A DNA stretch of 45,383 bases from an uncultured Sphingomonadaceae bacterium (GCA_964252145.1 CAXUMU010000003.1:1-45383); one strand, 5' to 3'. Shown: positions 24,439 to 34,895, counted from the first letter of the stretch. Program-made: numbers and translations. Notes: generated by a model from the letters alone, not told the origin.

Positions 24439-25257
24439 ACCGGCCGCGGCCTCCGCGGGCGCATCGGCCAGCAGGAATTCCACCAGCGCCGGCACCGCCT
24501 CGGGATCTTCGTTCAGGAAGCCGTGCGCGCCTTCGAACAGCCGCAGCACCGAGCCGGGAATCGCGGCGGCCATCACGCGCTGCCCCGCTTCCGTGCCGAG
24601 CCCGTCGTAGCGGCCACCGAACAAGGCGACGGGCATCCTGATCTGGTCGAGCCAGTCGCGCGCGTCATGCTCCTCGCGCGCCTCCAGCTGCCGCCGCGCG
24701 CCCATCGCCGCGTCCGGGTCGGTGGGGTCGACGCCGGCGCCACGCTGCTTGTTCTGCTCGATCAGCTCGCGCGCCTTGTCCGGATTGGCCGCCTGCCACT
24801 CGTCCGACTTGCGCAGGTCCAGCGCCAGCATGGTCCGCGCGCGCGTGTCGGGATCCTTGCCGTGGAGCTCGAGCAGCGGATAGCCGTACGGGCCGCCGGG
24901 GTTCGCACAGGCCAGCACCATGCGCGTGATCCGATCGGGATGCCGCCGCGCCAGCTCCTGCGCGACCGACCCGCCGAACGACACGCCGAGCACGGCGGCT
25001 TCGTCCCACCCGACCAGGTCCATCAGCGCCGCGGCATCGTCGGCATAATCCTGCATGCTGTAAGGCTGGTCGGGCTTGCCGGACCGGCCGAGCCCGCGCT
25101 GATCGTAGCGCAGCACCGTGAAATGATCGGACAGCCGGTCGACATAAGGCTGCCTGCGCCGCAGATCGGCCCCCGTGCCGTTGATGAACAGCAGCCGCGG
25201 TCCCGAGCCGACGATTTCGTAATAGATCGGGATGTCGCGTACCTGGCCGAACGGCAT
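24433..25257 (-). CDS. Alpha/beta hydrolase fold protein
   Basis: 274 aa from MPFGQVRDIPIYYEIVGSG. Nucleophile elbow GVSFGG and a C-terminal HGF. GGAGGG RBS. Confidence 0.85.
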   Translation of the reverse strand: MPFGQVRDIPIYYEIVGSGPRLLFINGTGADLRRRQPYVDRLSDHFTVLRYDQRGLGRSGKPDQPYSMQDYADDAAALMDLVGWDEAAVLGVSFGGSVAQELARRHPDRITRMVLACANPGGPYGYPLLELHGKDPDTRARTMLALDLRKSDEWQAANPDKARELIEQNKQRGAGVDPTDPDAAMGARRQLEAREEHDARDWLDQIRMPVALFGGRYDGLGTEAGQRVMAAAIPGSVLRLFEGAHGFLNEDPEAVPALVEFLLADAPAEAAAGS

Positions 25258-25489
25258 AGTCCCTCCATCGGGCGGAAAAGGGGGCGCGGCGCGCCGGCCG
25301 GCGGGATAGCCCACGGCGTGCCTGCGCGGCCGGCTGAATAATACCCAGACCTGGGAATAATTCAAGCAAGGCGTGCCGCGGCGAGACGCTCGGCTGCGCC
25401 AGCTCCTGCGCTTTTCGATACCTCGCGCGAAAATACCGCATGTTGCGCGGACCGAAATTCTCTAGGGGAATGCCGGTCGGCAAGCGGCG

Positions 25490-25870
25490 GTGATGAGGAC
25501 GATGGACGGGCGCGCGGGAACCACCACGCTCTACGGTATCCGCAACTGCGATACGGTGAAGAAGGCGCGCGCCTGGCTGGACGCCGCCGGGATGCCGCAT
25601 GCCTTCCACGACTATCGCCGCGACGGGCTGGATCCGGCGCTGCTGGAGGGGTGGATCGACCGGCTGGGGTGGGAGGCTTTGCTCAACAGGTCGGGCACGA
25701 CCTTCCGCAAGCTGCCGCCCGCCGCGCGCGAGGGGCTGGACCGGGACCGCGCGACCGCGCTGATGCTGGCCGAGCCGGCGATGATCCGCCGCCCGCTGAC
25801 CGTGGTGGACGGGAAGATCGCGGTCGGCTTCAAGCCGGCGGACTACGGCGCGCTGTTCGGCGCCGCCTGA
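25490..25870 (+). CDS. ArsC/Spx family reductase (YffB-like)
   Basis: LYGIRNCDTVKKARAWLD...TTFRKL...MIRRPL are family motifs. The exact start among the 25490, 25493 and 25502 candidates is uncertain. Confidence 0.8.
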   Translation: MMRTMDGRAGTTTLYGIRNCDTVKKARAWLDAAGMPHAFHDYRRDGLDPALLEGWIDRLGWEALLNRSGTTFRKLPPAAREGLDRDRATALMLAEPAMIRRPLTVVDGKIAVGFKPADYGALFGAA

Positions 25871-25886
25871 CCGGGAAGGAACCGCC

Positions 25887-26273
25887 ATGTCCCGTCGCCT
25901 GATCTCCTCCGGCTCGCCGTTCGAGCGCCAGGTCGGCTATTCGCGCGCGGTGGTGCAGGGCGACTGGTGCTTCGTCGCCGGCACCACCGGCTATGATCCG
26001 GTGACGCGCGCGATGCCGGAGGCGGCGGCGGATCAGGCGCGCAACGCTTTGGCGGTCATCGTCGCCGCCCTGTCCGAGGCGGGCTTCGCACTCGCCGACG
26101 TGGTCCGCGCGACCTATTACTTCACCGATCCCGCGCATTGGGACGAGGTGGGGCCGGTGCTGGGCGAGGCGTTCGGGCAGATCCGCCCCGCGGCGAGCGC
26201 GGTGATCGTCGCCGCCCTGGTCAAACCCGAGATGAAGGTCGAGATCGAAGTCACGGCGCTCCGGTCGAACTGA
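25887..26273 (+). CDS. RidA/YjgF family protein
   Basis: 128 aa. GYSRAVVQGDWCFVAGTTG ... VEIEVTA is typical of RidA-like proteins. Confidence 0.8.
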   Translation: MSRRLISSGSPFERQVGYSRAVVQGDWCFVAGTTGYDPVTRAMPEAAADQARNALAVIVAALSEAGFALADVVRATYYFTDPAHWDEVGPVLGEAFGQIRPAASAVIVAALVKPEMKVEIEVTALRSN

Positions 26274-26297
26274 GCGGGCCGGCGGAAAGGGAAGCTC

Positions 26298-27152
26298 TTG
26301 TCCACTTACACGATCGATACCTCGACCAGCCGGGTGACGCCGCAGCCCGCGCCGATGCGGCGGCTGACCGTCCCCGCGATCCGCGAGCATAAGCGCGCCC
26401 AGCCGCTGGTGATGCTGACCGCCTACACCGTGCGGATGGCGCAGCTGCTGGATCCCCATTGCGACATGCTGCTGGTGGGCGACAGCGTCGGCCAGGTGAT
26501 CTACGGCCTGCCCTCGACCATTCCGGTGACGCTGGAGATGATGTGCGCGCACGGCGCGGCGGTGGTGCGCGGCAGCTGGCACAGCCTGGTGGTCGTCGAC
26601 ATGCCGTTCGGCAGTTACGAGGCGAGCCCGGAGGCCGCCTTCGCCAACGTCGCGCGGGTGATGAAGGAGACCGGCGCCGCCGCGGTGAAGCTGGAGGGGG
26701 GCGAGGCGATGGCCGGGACGATCGCCTTCCTGTCGGCGCGGGGCGTGCCGGTGATGGCGCATGTCGGGCTCACCCCGCAGGCGGTCAACCAGCTGGGCGG
26801 CTACGGCGCGCGCGGCCGCAGCGAGGCCGAGGCTGAGCGGATCCTGCGCGATGCGCGCGCCGTGGCTGATGCCGGCTGCTTCGCGATGGTGGTGGAGGGG
26901 GTGGTCGAGCCGGTGGCGGCGGCGGTGACGCAGGCGGTGGCCTGTCCCACCATCGGCATCGGCGCATCGGCGCAGTGCGACGGGCAGGTGCTGGTGGCCG
27001 AGGACATGCTGGGCCTGTTCGAGCGCACGCCGCGCTTCGTGAAGCGATTCGACGATATGGCGGCACGCATCTCGGATGCGGCGTCGCATTATGCCGCCGA
27101 GGTGCGCGCGCGCGAATTCCCGAGCGCCGAGCAGACTTACGCGCCGATTTGA
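26298..27152 (+). CDS. panB: 3-methyl-2-oxobutanoate hydroxymethyltransferase
   Basis: [42 protein letters not shown] and IGIGAS motifs. TTG start at 26298, with an alternative ATG at 26355. Confidence 0.92.
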   Translation: MSTYTIDTSTSRVTPQPAPMRRLTVPAIREHKRAQPLVMLTAYTVRMAQLLDPHCDMLLVGDSVGQVIYGLPSTIPVTLEMMCAHGAAVVRGSWHSLVVVDMPFGSYEASPEAAFANVARVMKETGAAAVKLEGGEAMAGTIAFLSARGVPVMAHVGLTPQAVNQLGGYGARGRSEAEAERILRDARAVADAGCFAMVVEGVVEPVAAAVTQAVACPTIGIGASAQCDGQVLVAEDMLGLFERTPRFVKRFDDMAARISDAASHYAAEVRAREFPSAEQTYAPI

Positions 27153-27219
27153 CGATCGGCTTTCGTTAAGCCTGCCGTGCCGCTAAGGACACGCCCACGC
27201 TTATCCTTGGAGACGATGC

Positions 27220-27930
27220 TTGGCTCTCACGCCGCAGAATAACGATGCCTTCTTCCGCGAGGTGGACGATCAGCTGCGGGCCGAGCAGATGGCGACATTC
27301 TGGAAGCGCTACGGCCGCATCGCGATCGCCGTGGTGCTGCTGGGGCTGGCGGCGTTCGGCGGCTATCTGTGGTGGCAGAACCACCGCGCGCATCAGGCCG
27401 GGCTGGACAGCGAGGCGCTGAGCGGCGTGCTCGCCGATCTGGGCACGGGCAAGAAGGCCGGCGCGAAGGCGAAGTTGGATGCGATCGCGCGGTCGCCGCG
27501 CGCAGGCTATGCCGCCACCGCCCGCCTCACCAACGCCGCGCTGGCGCTGGAGGCCGGCGACGACAAGGGCGCGGTCGCGCAGTTCAAGGCGATCGCCGCC
27601 GACGATGCGGTGCCGCAGCCGTTCCGCGATCTGGCGCTGGTGCGGCAGACCGCGGTCGAGTTCGATACGCTGCCGCCGGCGGAGGTGATCTCCCGGCTGA
27701 AGCCGCTCGCGGTCGCCGGCAATCCGTGGTTCGGCAGCGCCGGCGAGATGGTCGCGGTGGCGCACCTCAAGCTCAACCGGCCGGCGCAGGCCGGACCGAT
27801 CTTCGCTGCGATCGCGCGCGACACGGAGGCGCCCGAAACGCTCCGCTCGCGCGCGTCGCGCATGGCCGGCGTGCTCGGCATCGACACCGTCGCCGCGTCC
27901 AGGGCCGCCGGAAAGGAATCAGCGGAATGA
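27220..27930 (+). CDS. YfgM-like membrane-anchored TPR protein
   Basis: 236 aa with an N-terminal TM (IAIAVVLLGLAAFGGYLWW) and an Ala-rich TPR-like region. It occupies the conserved position upstream of bamB-der. TTG start with a GGAGA RBS. Confidence 0.7.
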   Translation: MALTPQNNDAFFREVDDQLRAEQMATFWKRYGRIAIAVVLLGLAAFGGYLWWQNHRAHQAGLDSEALSGVLADLGTGKKAGAKAKLDAIARSPRAGYAATARLTNAALALEAGDDKGAVAQFKAIAADDAVPQPFRDLALVRQTAVEFDTLPPAEVISRLKPLAVAGNPWFGSAGEMVAVAHLKLNRPAQAGPIFAAIARDTEAPETLRSRASRMAGVLGIDTVAASRAAGKESAE

Positions 27931-29252
27931 AGCGTATCCTCGTTGCCCTCGCGATGGCAGGGGCGCTTTCCGGCTGCGGCGTCTTCAACAAGCTGGGTGG
28001 CGGCAACAAGCCCAAGGCGACCGTGCTGGGCGAGCGCATTCCCGTGCTGAGTTCGGAGACCGGCGCGGAGGTGGACCCCAGCATCGCCGACTTGTCGGTT
28101 GCGCTGCCGCCGTCGCAGATCAACACCGAATGGAGCCAGCCGGGCGGCAATGCGGCCAAGTCGATGGGCAATCCCTCGCTCGCCAATGCGGTGGGCAAGG
28201 CGTGGACGGCGCATATCGCCGGCAGCACGCCGCAGGCGCGGCTGGGCGCGGGGCCGGTGGTCGCCGACGGACTGGTCTATGTCGTCGATACCAGGGCGGT
28301 GGTCCACGCGTTCAACGCGCGCGACGGATCGCAGGCCTGGGCGACCCCGCTCGACCCGACCAGCAAATATCAGAAGGCGCTGTTCGGCGGCGGCGTCAGC
28401 TACGACCAGGGCAAGGTGTTCGCGACCAGCGGGATCGGCGACGCCGCCGCGCTGGATGCGAAGACCGGCGCGATCGTGTGGAAGAAGCATCCCGGCGGCC
28501 CCTTGCGCGGTGCGCCGTCGGTCGCCAACGGCCACGTCTACGTCGTCAGCCAGGACAACCAGCTGTTCGCGCTGAAGCAGGACACCGGCGAAACGGTGTG
28601 GAACGAGGCGGCGACGCTGGAGGCGGCCGGCGTGTTCGGCGTGGCCGCGCCCGCCGCGGCTCAAGGGACGGTCGTCGCCGGCTTCTCCAGCGGCGAACTG
28701 AACGCCTACCGGTACGAGAATGGCCGCGCGGTGTGGCAGGACGCGCTGTCGCGCACCAGCATCTCGACCGCCGTCGCCTCGCTGTCCGATATCGATGCCG
28801 ATCCGGTGATCGACGAGGGCAAGGTGTATGCGGTCGGGCAGGGCGGCCGCATGGTTGCGCTGGAGCTGGTCAGCGGGCAGCGCATCTGGGAGCTCAACAT
28901 CGCCGGCATCTCCACGCCGTGGGTGGCAGGCGACTGGCTGTTCGTGGTGACCGACGATGCGCGCGTGCTGTGCATCCTCCGGTCGAACGGCAAGATCCGC
29001 TGGATCAGCCAGCTGCCGCGCTACCGCAAGGGCAAGGCCAAGAACGGGCCGATCAGCTGGGAAGGGCCGATCCTGGCCGGCGATCGGCTGATCCTGGCGA
29101 GTTCCGAAGGCCAGCTGATCAACGTCAACGCGCTGGACGGGACGATCGGCAGCTCGGCCAAGATCGGCGCGCCGGTGTTCGTGCAGCCGGCGGTGGCCGG
29201 CTCGACGCTGTTCATCCTCGACAACAAGGGCGAGCTCAGCGCCTGGCGCTGA
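27927..29252 (+). CDS. bamB: Outer membrane protein assembly factor BamB (PQQ-like beta-propeller lipoprotein)
   Basis: Lipoprotein signal MKRILVALAMAGALSGC. Repeated PQQ-like blades (G.VYV....G.V.A.....G...W). ATGA overlap with the upstream gene. Located immediately upstream of der. Confidence 0.88.
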   Translation: MKRILVALAMAGALSGCGVFNKLGGGNKPKATVLGERIPVLSSETGAEVDPSIADLSVALPPSQINTEWSQPGGNAAKSMGNPSLANAVGKAWTAHIAGSTPQARLGAGPVVADGLVYVVDTRAVVHAFNARDGSQAWATPLDPTSKYQKALFGGGVSYDQGKVFATSGIGDAAALDAKTGAIVWKKHPGGPLRGAPSVANGHVYVVSQDNQLFALKQDTGETVWNEAATLEAAGVFGVAAPAAAQGTVVAGFSSGELNAYRYENGRAVWQDALSRTSISTAVASLSDIDADPVIDEGKVYAVGQGGRMVALELVSGQRIWELNIAGISTPWVAGDWLFVVTDDARVLCILRSNGKIRWISQLPRYRKGKAKNGPISWEGPILAGDRLILASSEGQLINVNALDGTIGSSAKIGAPVFVQPAVAGSTLFILDNKGELSAWR

Positions 29253-29268
29253 CGGATGCGACGATAGC

Positions 29269-29380
29269 GTACCCCGGCGAAGGCCGGGGTCCAGGGCCGG
29301 ACCGATCGTAGCTGGACCCCGGCCTGCGCCGGGGTACGACATCCTTGTCAGGCACGATGACCCTGAAACAAGTTCAGGGT
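29269..29380. repeat. Cluster of REP-like palindromes in the bamB-der intergenic region
   Basis: gtaccccggcgaaggccggggtccag (29269-29294) and ctggaccccggcctgcgccggggtac (29312-29337) are inverted copies with 1 mismatch, and each is itself a 7-bp hairpin (ccccggc/gccgggg). A third hairpin is accctgaa-acaag-ttcagggt (29360-29380). Confidence 0.8.
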
Positions 29381-29446
29381 GACGGCCCGTTTGCTGTAAC
29401 GGTCACCGGAATCCAATGGCCGCTTATGGCCCGTGAAAGGACGGAT

Positions 29447-30805
29447 ATGGCGAAGCTGCCGATCGTCGCGATCGTCGGCCGGCCGAACGTCGGCAAGTCG
29501 ACGCTGTTCAACCGCCTCGTCGGCAAGCGCCTCGCGCTGGTCGACGATCGCCCGGGCGTGACGCGCGACCGGCGCGAGGGCGACGTGACGCTGATCGGGC
29601 TGGGATTCCGCATCATCGACACCGCCGGGTTCGAGGATGACGACCCCGCCAGCCTGCCCGGACGGATGCGCGCGCAGACGCAGGCGGCGGTGCGCGAGGC
29701 AGACGTCGCCTTGTTCATGATCGACGCGCGCGCTGGCGTCACCCCGCTCGACGAGGAGATCGCGCGCTGGCTGCGCAGCGAGGACACGCCGGTCGTGGTG
29801 CTCGCCAACAAGGCCGAGGGGCGCGCGGGCGATGCCGGCGTCGGCGAGGCGTTCGCGCTGGGGTTCGCCGAGCCGCTGCCGTTCAGCGCCGAGCATGGCG
29901 AGGGGCTGGCCGACCTGTTCGACGCGCTGCTGCCCTATCTCAATCGTCCGGAGGGCGAGGCCGGGGAGGAGAGCGAGGACGAGGTCTACGACGAAGACGG
30001 GCCGCTGAAGCTTGCGATCGTCGGCCGGCCCAACGCGGGCAAATCGACGCTCGTCAACCGTCTGCTGGGCGAGGAGCGGATGATCACCGGGCCCGAGGCG
30101 GGCATCACGCGCGATTCGATCGCGATCGACTGGCACTGGCAGGGCAAGGCGGTCCGGCTGATCGATACCGCCGGCCTGCGCCGCAAGGCCAAGGTGGAAG
30201 ACAAGTTGGAGCGGCTGTCCGCCGCCGACACGATGCACGCGGTCGACTTCGCCGAGGTCGTCGTGCTGCTGCTGGATGCGACGCGCGGGCTGGAGGCGCA
30301 GGACCTGCGTATCGCCGATCAGGTGCTGCAGGAAGGCCGCGCGCTGATCATCGCGCTGAACAAGTGGGACGTGGCGGAGAACCCGCCGTCACTGTTCCAG
30401 GGCGTGCGCGGCGCGCTGGACGAGGGGCTGGCGCAGGTGAAGGGCCTGCCGCTGCTGACCGTCTCGGCCGAGACCGGGCGCGGGCTGGACCAGCTGATGG
30501 CCGCCGCCTTCGCCAGCCGCGAGGCGTGGTCGCGCCGGATCTCGACCGGCCAGCTCAACCGCTGGTTCGAGGCGGCGGTGGCGAAGAATCCGCCGCCCGC
30601 GCCCGGCGGCAAGCGGATCAAGCTGCGCTACCTGACGCAGGCCAAGACGCGCCCGCCGGGCTTCATCCTGTTCGGCACGCGCGTCGATCAGCTGCCCGAA
30701 AGCTACCGGCGTTACCTGGTCAACGGCATCCGCCGCGAACTCGGCTTCGGCGCCGTTCCGGTGCGCCTGACGCTGCGCGCGCCGAAGAACCCGTTCGACC
30801 AGTGA
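29447..30805 (+). CDS. der: Ribosome-biogenesis GTPase Der (EngA)
   Basis: Two G domains: GRPNVGKSTLFNRL...DTAG and GRPNAGKSTLVNRL...DTAGLRR...NKWD, plus a KH-like C-terminus. ATG at 29447 after AAGGA. The track ORF start at 29345 lies inside REP sequence. Confidence 0.93.
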   Translation: MAKLPIVAIVGRPNVGKSTLFNRLVGKRLALVDDRPGVTRDRREGDVTLIGLGFRIIDTAGFEDDDPASLPGRMRAQTQAAVREADVALFMIDARAGVTPLDEEIARWLRSEDTPVVVLANKAEGRAGDAGVGEAFALGFAEPLPFSAEHGEGLADLFDALLPYLNRPEGEAGEESEDEVYDEDGPLKLAIVGRPNAGKSTLVNRLLGEERMITGPEAGITRDSIAIDWHWQGKAVRLIDTAGLRRKAKVEDKLERLSAADTMHAVDFAEVVVLLLDATRGLEAQDLRIADQVLQEGRALIIALNKWDVAENPPSLFQGVRGALDEGLAQVKGLPLLTVSAETGRGLDQLMAAAFASREAWSRRISTGQLNRWFEAAVAKNPPPAPGGKRIKLRYLTQAKTRPPGFILFGTRVDQLPESYRRYLVNGIRRELGFGAVPVRLTLRAPKNPFDQ

Positions 30806-31032
30806 GCGAGACGCTGGTCGACGCGCGTGGCCTGCGCTGCCCGTGGCCGGCGCTGCGGCTGGCGCGGGCGATGCGCGACCGGGGCGGGGTGGGGCAGGTG
30901 CGGATCGTCGCCGACGATCCCGCGGCGCCACGCGAGATCGCCGCGCTGGCGGCCGAACGCGGCTGGCGCTGCACACCGCTTCCGGATGCCGTTCCGTCCA
31001 CTTTTATCGTCGCAATCGATGCGATCGCCTGA
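30802..31032 (+). CDS. TusA/SirA-like sulfurtransferase family protein
   Basis: 76 aa. LVDARGLRCPWPALRLARAM contains the conserved CP motif. The GTG start overlaps the der stop (GTGA). Confidence 0.7.
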   Translation: MSETLVDARGLRCPWPALRLARAMRDRGGVGQVRIVADDPAAPREIAALAAERGWRCTPLPDAVPSTFIVAIDAIA

Positions 31033-31083
31033 TTTTATTTGGTGTGCGCGCGCGTCAACTCGCTGTTTACGTCCGTCGGGTAG

Positions 31084-31563
31084 ATGCTGTGGGCGCAGCG
31101 GGGGCGGCTGCAGATCGGTGCGAGGAACGGGCGATTGTCAAACGATCCTGGAGCGATTGTCGATCAGGCCGTGCTGTCACGGGCGCGTGAGGAGCTGGGC
31201 GCCGGATTCCTGCGCCTGCTCAGCTACTTCCGCGAGGACGGGCAGAAGTCGGTCAGCGCGATCGAGGACGCGATGCGCTCGGCCAACGCCGCAGCGCTCG
31301 TGTTGCCGGCGCATACGCTGAAGGGCGAATCGCTGCAGTTCGGCGCGCAGCCGCTGGCCGAACTGGCCGAGACGATCGAGGTCACCGCACGGCGCTGCGT
31401 GGAAACGCACGAGAAGCCCAACGATCTGCTGAGCGAGGTAGTGAAGCTCCGCCCGCTGTTCGAGGCGACGCTCGCCTGGTTCGAACGCGAGACGAATCCG
31501 ATCGTCGATCGCCGCCCGGTGTTCGGCCGCAAGGCGGCCGCCGCACCGTCGCGTGGTCAGTAG
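31084..31563 (+). CDS. Stand-alone Hpt (histidine phosphotransfer) domain protein
   Basis: 159 aa. The AHTLKGESLQFGA motif (HxLKG) lies within a predicted four-helix region. Confidence 0.7.
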   Translation: MLWAQRGRLQIGARNGRLSNDPGAIVDQAVLSRAREELGAGFLRLLSYFREDGQKSVSAIEDAMRSANAAALVLPAHTLKGESLQFGAQPLAELAETIEVTARRCVETHEKPNDLLSEVVKLRPLFEATLAWFERETNPIVDRRPVFGRKAAAAPSRGQ

Positions 31564-31586
31564 AGCCACACGCGACCTGTCGGCGC

Positions 31587-32162
31587 TCAGCCGCCAAGCC
31601 GCGTCCAGGCCCAGACCAGTGCAACGATCAGGACGGCGCACAACAACCCCAACCCAAACGCCGTCGCGCCACGCGTGCCGCGAAGCGCAGGTTCGAAGCG
31701 GTCGCCCGCGGCGGGCGGCGCGGGCGGCGGACTGAAGCCGGCCAGCAGGCGCTGCAGGTCGGGTTCGTCCACCGCCATCGCGGCATCGGCCAGATCGAAC
31801 CAGCGCGTATCGCGCTCGTCCTGCTCCAGCCAGTCGTCCAGCTGATCGCCGAACGCCAGCGGGAACACCGTCACGGTCACCTCGCGCATCGTGCCGTTCT
31901 TGCGACGCTTGAAGTAACGATATTCGCCGATCGCGGCGGCGCAGGCGGTGCCGGTGACGCCGGCTTCCTCGAGCGCCTCGTGCGCGGCGGCCTCGTGCGG
32001 CGCGAGGCCCGCGATGGGATTTCCCTTCGGGATCACCCAGCGCCGCGTTCCGCGCGAAGTGATGAGCATCACTCTGGTACGGCCGTCGGAATCGAATTGG
32101 TATGGCAGTGCGGCGATCTGGCGAATGACGGGAACCCTGGATGTGCAACCGCGCGGTCGCAT
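31587..32162 (-). CDS. NUDIX hydrolase with a C-terminal hydrophobic segment
   Basis: WVIPKGNPIAGLAPHEAAAHEALEEAGV is a Nudix box (GX5EX7REUXEEXGU-like). The C-terminus AFGLGLLCAVLIVALVWAW is TM-like. ATG at 32162, while the track ORF extends to a GTG at 32204. Confidence 0.75.
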   Translation of the reverse strand: MRPRGCTSRVPVIRQIAALPYQFDSDGRTRVMLITSRGTRRWVIPKGNPIAGLAPHEAAAHEALEEAGVTGTACAAAIGEYRYFKRRKNGTMREVTVTVFPLAFGDQLDDWLEQDERDTRWFDLADAAMAVDEPDLQRLLAGFSPPPAPPAAGDRFEPALRGTRGATAFGLGLLCAVLIVALVWAWTRLGG

Positions 32163-32330
32163 GGAAGCGCGGCGTTTCCAATAGGCTGGATCAAGGTGGC
32201 GCACCGCGGACCGAGGCGAATTTACCGTCGATGAGGCGGTAATGGATCATCCGCCCCATCTCGATTGCGCGCGTCGAAGAAGCGCAGATAGCCTTCATCG
32301 CCGGCAGGGTTCACGGCGGATCCCTGCGGC

Positions 32331-32720
32331 TCAGAACATCGGCAGCGGATTGGGGCCGCCGGTCACGACGTCCTGCGACACGTCCCAATGCTCGGCGATC
32401 ATGCCGCCTGCGACGCGGAAGATGTCGATGACGGCGAAGCCCGGATCGGCCGGCCAGCGGCGGACATTATAATGGACGATGACGTGATCGCCGTCGACGA
32501 AGCTGCGCTTGATGTCGTGCACCGCCTGCGGCGTCTCCCGGCGGATATGATCGAGGAACGCCTTCAGCGCATCGCGGCCAGGCGGGGCGAGCGGGCTGTG
32601 CTGGACGTAATCGGGCGCGATGAAACGATCGACCGCGGACGAATCCATCGGCTGCAGCACGGCGGCGAACATCGCCAGCACCAGATCGTGGTTGCGCTGC
32701 TCGGCGTCGCTGCGGCTCAT
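32331..32720 (-). CDS. SnoaL-like / NTF2 superfamily protein
   Basis: 129 aa. Pattern ...FIAPDYVQHSP...GDHVIVHY...DIFRVAGGMIAEHWD is typical of SnoaL-like polyketide-cyclase-fold proteins. Confidence 0.7.
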   Translation of the reverse strand: MSRSDAEQRNHDLVLAMFAAVLQPMDSSAVDRFIAPDYVQHSPLAPPGRDALKAFLDHIRRETPQAVHDIKRSFVDGDHVIVHYNVRRWPADPGFAVIDIFRVAGGMIAEHWDVSQDVVTGGPNPLPMF

Positions 32721-32790
32721 CGTCTTTTTCCTCGTCGCTTGTCACGTCAAGCGTGCGGCATCATAGCGGCGGGCGGAGCAGGAGATAAGC

Positions 32791-34386
32791 GTGGCTGTAA
32801 CGGACGATTGCGACCTGATCGTTATCGGCGGCGGTTCGGCCGGATGCGCGATGGCGGCGCGGCTGGCGGAGGCCGGGCAGACGGTGGTGCTGCTGGAAGC
32901 CGGCAAGACCGACCGCGACATCCGCCTGCTGGTGCCCGCACTGACGACCGCGGTGGTCCACAATCCCGATTATGATTGGGGCTATCCGGCCGAGCCCGAT
33001 CCTTCCGTCGGCGGCCGCGCCGACAAATGGCCGGCGGGCAAGCGCCTAGGCGGCGGCAGCTCGATCAACGGCATGATCTTCGTGCGCGGGCACAGGTGGG
33101 ATTATGATCATTGGGCGGAGCTGGGCGCCACCGGCTGGTCGGCCGCCGAGGTAGCGCCCTATTTCAAGCGGATGGAGACCAACAGCCGCGGGCCGAGCGC
33201 GGCACGCGGCGGCAGCGGGCCGGTGTCGGTGTCCGACAACCGCGTTCATTATCCGATCGTCGATGCGTTCGTAGAGGCGGCGCAATCCTACGGCATTCCG
33301 CGCAATCCGGATCATAACGGCGCGGATGCGGGCGAGGGCGCCGATTACGCGCAGACCACCCAGCAGCGCGGGCTGCGCCACAGCTCGGCGCGCGCCTATC
33401 TGCGCGGCAGCCGCGTGGACGTGCGGACCGAGGCGGTGGTGCGGCGTATCCTGATCGAGGACGGGCGCGCGGCGGGCGTGGAGTTCGCCCGCGCGGGGAA
33501 GACCGAGACGCTGCGCGCGCGCCACGGCGTGGTGCTCTCCGCCGGCAGCCTCAACTCGCCGCGCATCCTGATGCTGTCGGGCATCGGCCCGGCCGAGCAG
33601 CTGCGCACGCACGGGATCGCGGTGGTGAAGGACCTGGCGGGCGTGGGCGCGAACCTGCAGGAGCATGTCGGCACGCACATCGTCGCGCGTGTCAACGGGC
33701 CGACGATCAACAGCGACACGCACGGCTGGGGCGCGGTGCGGCACGGGCTGAACTTCCTGCTGCACCGGCGCGGCGCGATCACCAGCTCGATGTGCCACGC
33801 GCAGGCGTTCGTGCGGACCGAGACGGGAATCCCCGCACCCGACGTGCAGATTTCGTTCACCGCCTTCGCCTTCGACATCAACGAGGTGGGCCGCGCGGTG
33901 CTGCACCGGGATGCCGCGATCAGCCTGACGATCTGCGTCGCCCGCCCCGAGAACCGCGGCACGGTCGGCCTGCGCTCGGCCGATCCGTTCGCGCCGCCGG
34001 TGATCCGCCACGAACTGCTGAGCAACGGTGACGCCGACCGGCTCGTCCGGGGCATCGCAATGGGACGGGAGATCCTGGCCCAGCCGGCGATCGCACCGTT
34101 CATCGTCGGCGAGCAGCGGCCCGGCGCGGCGGTGACGGGCGCGGCGTTGCGCGATTACGTCCGGCTGGCGGCGATCCCGCTCTACCACCCGGTCGGCACC
34201 TGCCGGATGGGCAGCGACGACCTGGCGGTGGTCGATCCCGACCTGCGCGTGCGCGGCATCGCCGGGCTGTGGGTGGCGGATGCCTCGATCATGCCGACGC
34301 TGCCGGTGGGCAATACCAACGCCACCGCGATGATGATCGGCGACAAGGGATCGGATCACGTGCTGAAGTCGCTGCGGCTGAATTGA
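32791..34386 (+). CDS. GMC family oxidoreductase (choline dehydrogenase-like flavoprotein)
   Basis: 531 aa. DLIVIGGGSAGCAMAARLAE (FAD ADP-binding), GGSSINGMIFVRG, AGSLNSPRILMLSGIG, HPVGTCRMG and VADASIMP. Confidence 0.92.
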   Translation: MAVTDDCDLIVIGGGSAGCAMAARLAEAGQTVVLLEAGKTDRDIRLLVPALTTAVVHNPDYDWGYPAEPDPSVGGRADKWPAGKRLGGGSSINGMIFVRGHRWDYDHWAELGATGWSAAEVAPYFKRMETNSRGPSAARGGSGPVSVSDNRVHYPIVDAFVEAAQSYGIPRNPDHNGADAGEGADYAQTTQQRGLRHSSARAYLRGSRVDVRTEAVVRRILIEDGRAAGVEFARAGKTETLRARHGVVLSAGSLNSPRILMLSGIGPAEQLRTHGIAVVKDLAGVGANLQEHVGTHIVARVNGPTINSDTHGWGAVRHGLNFLLHRRGAITSSMCHAQAFVRTETGIPAPDVQISFTAFAFDINEVGRAVLHRDAAISLTICVARPENRGTVGLRSADPFAPPVIRHELLSNGDADRLVRGIAMGREILAQPAIAPFIVGEQRPGAAVTGAALRDYVRLAAIPLYHPVGTCRMGSDDLAVVDPDLRVRGIAGLWVADASIMPTLPVGNTNATAMMIGDKGSDHVLKSLRLN

Positions 34387-34475
34387 GCTAGTCGACCGCC
34401 ACGGGATGGACTCCAGCGCACGGCAATCTTCGGCTTGATTGACACACATGAAATCCGTCGTAACGCCTCCCGGCG

Positions 34476-34892
34476 CTATCTCTTCCCGAATTCGCGTCGC
34501 TTGCCGGATCCAAGTGGCGCCACTCCAAACATCGCTTCCGCCATCTCCCTAATTTCAGCAGCCGTTGCTTGGCCACGCAGGTCAGGGGTGCCGCGCTCCG
34601 AGCTAACACCGAAGAGCTCCGAGGTCGAAGTGAGGACCCGACCATAGCGGTTCAGACTGTATAGATCCTTGTCAATCACGTTGCTTGCTTTTGAGCTGTT
34701 ACGCGAGGACTCAGGAAATTCCTGCAGGACCGGGGCGCCCACCTCCAACACGTTCCCCGCGTCGCTGGTATCACGGCGCGCGGCGGAGTCTAAAATCAGA
34801 CCGCGCCGTGAAAGCCATGCCACGGCCAAGATCGATACAGCCGCTAGCATAACGAATAAAGGTGGTACCCATCCGAGCACGGAGTCACCCAT
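34476..34892 (-). CDS. Hypothetical single-pass membrane protein (low-GC islet)
   Basis: 138 aa with an N-terminal TM (WVPPLFVMLAAVSILAVAWL) and a soluble tail with no recognisable motif. The ATG is preceded by GGAGGAG, which lies in the last codons of the upstream ORF (TGA-TCG-ATG junction). Confidence 0.5.
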   Translation of the reverse strand: MGDSVLGWVPPLFVMLAAVSILAVAWLSRRGLILDSAARRDTSDAGNVLEVGAPVLQEFPESSRNSSKASNVIDKDLYSLNRYGRVLTSTSELFGVSSERGTPDLRGQATAAEIREMAEAMFGVAPLGSGKRREFGKR

Positions 34893-34895
34893 CGA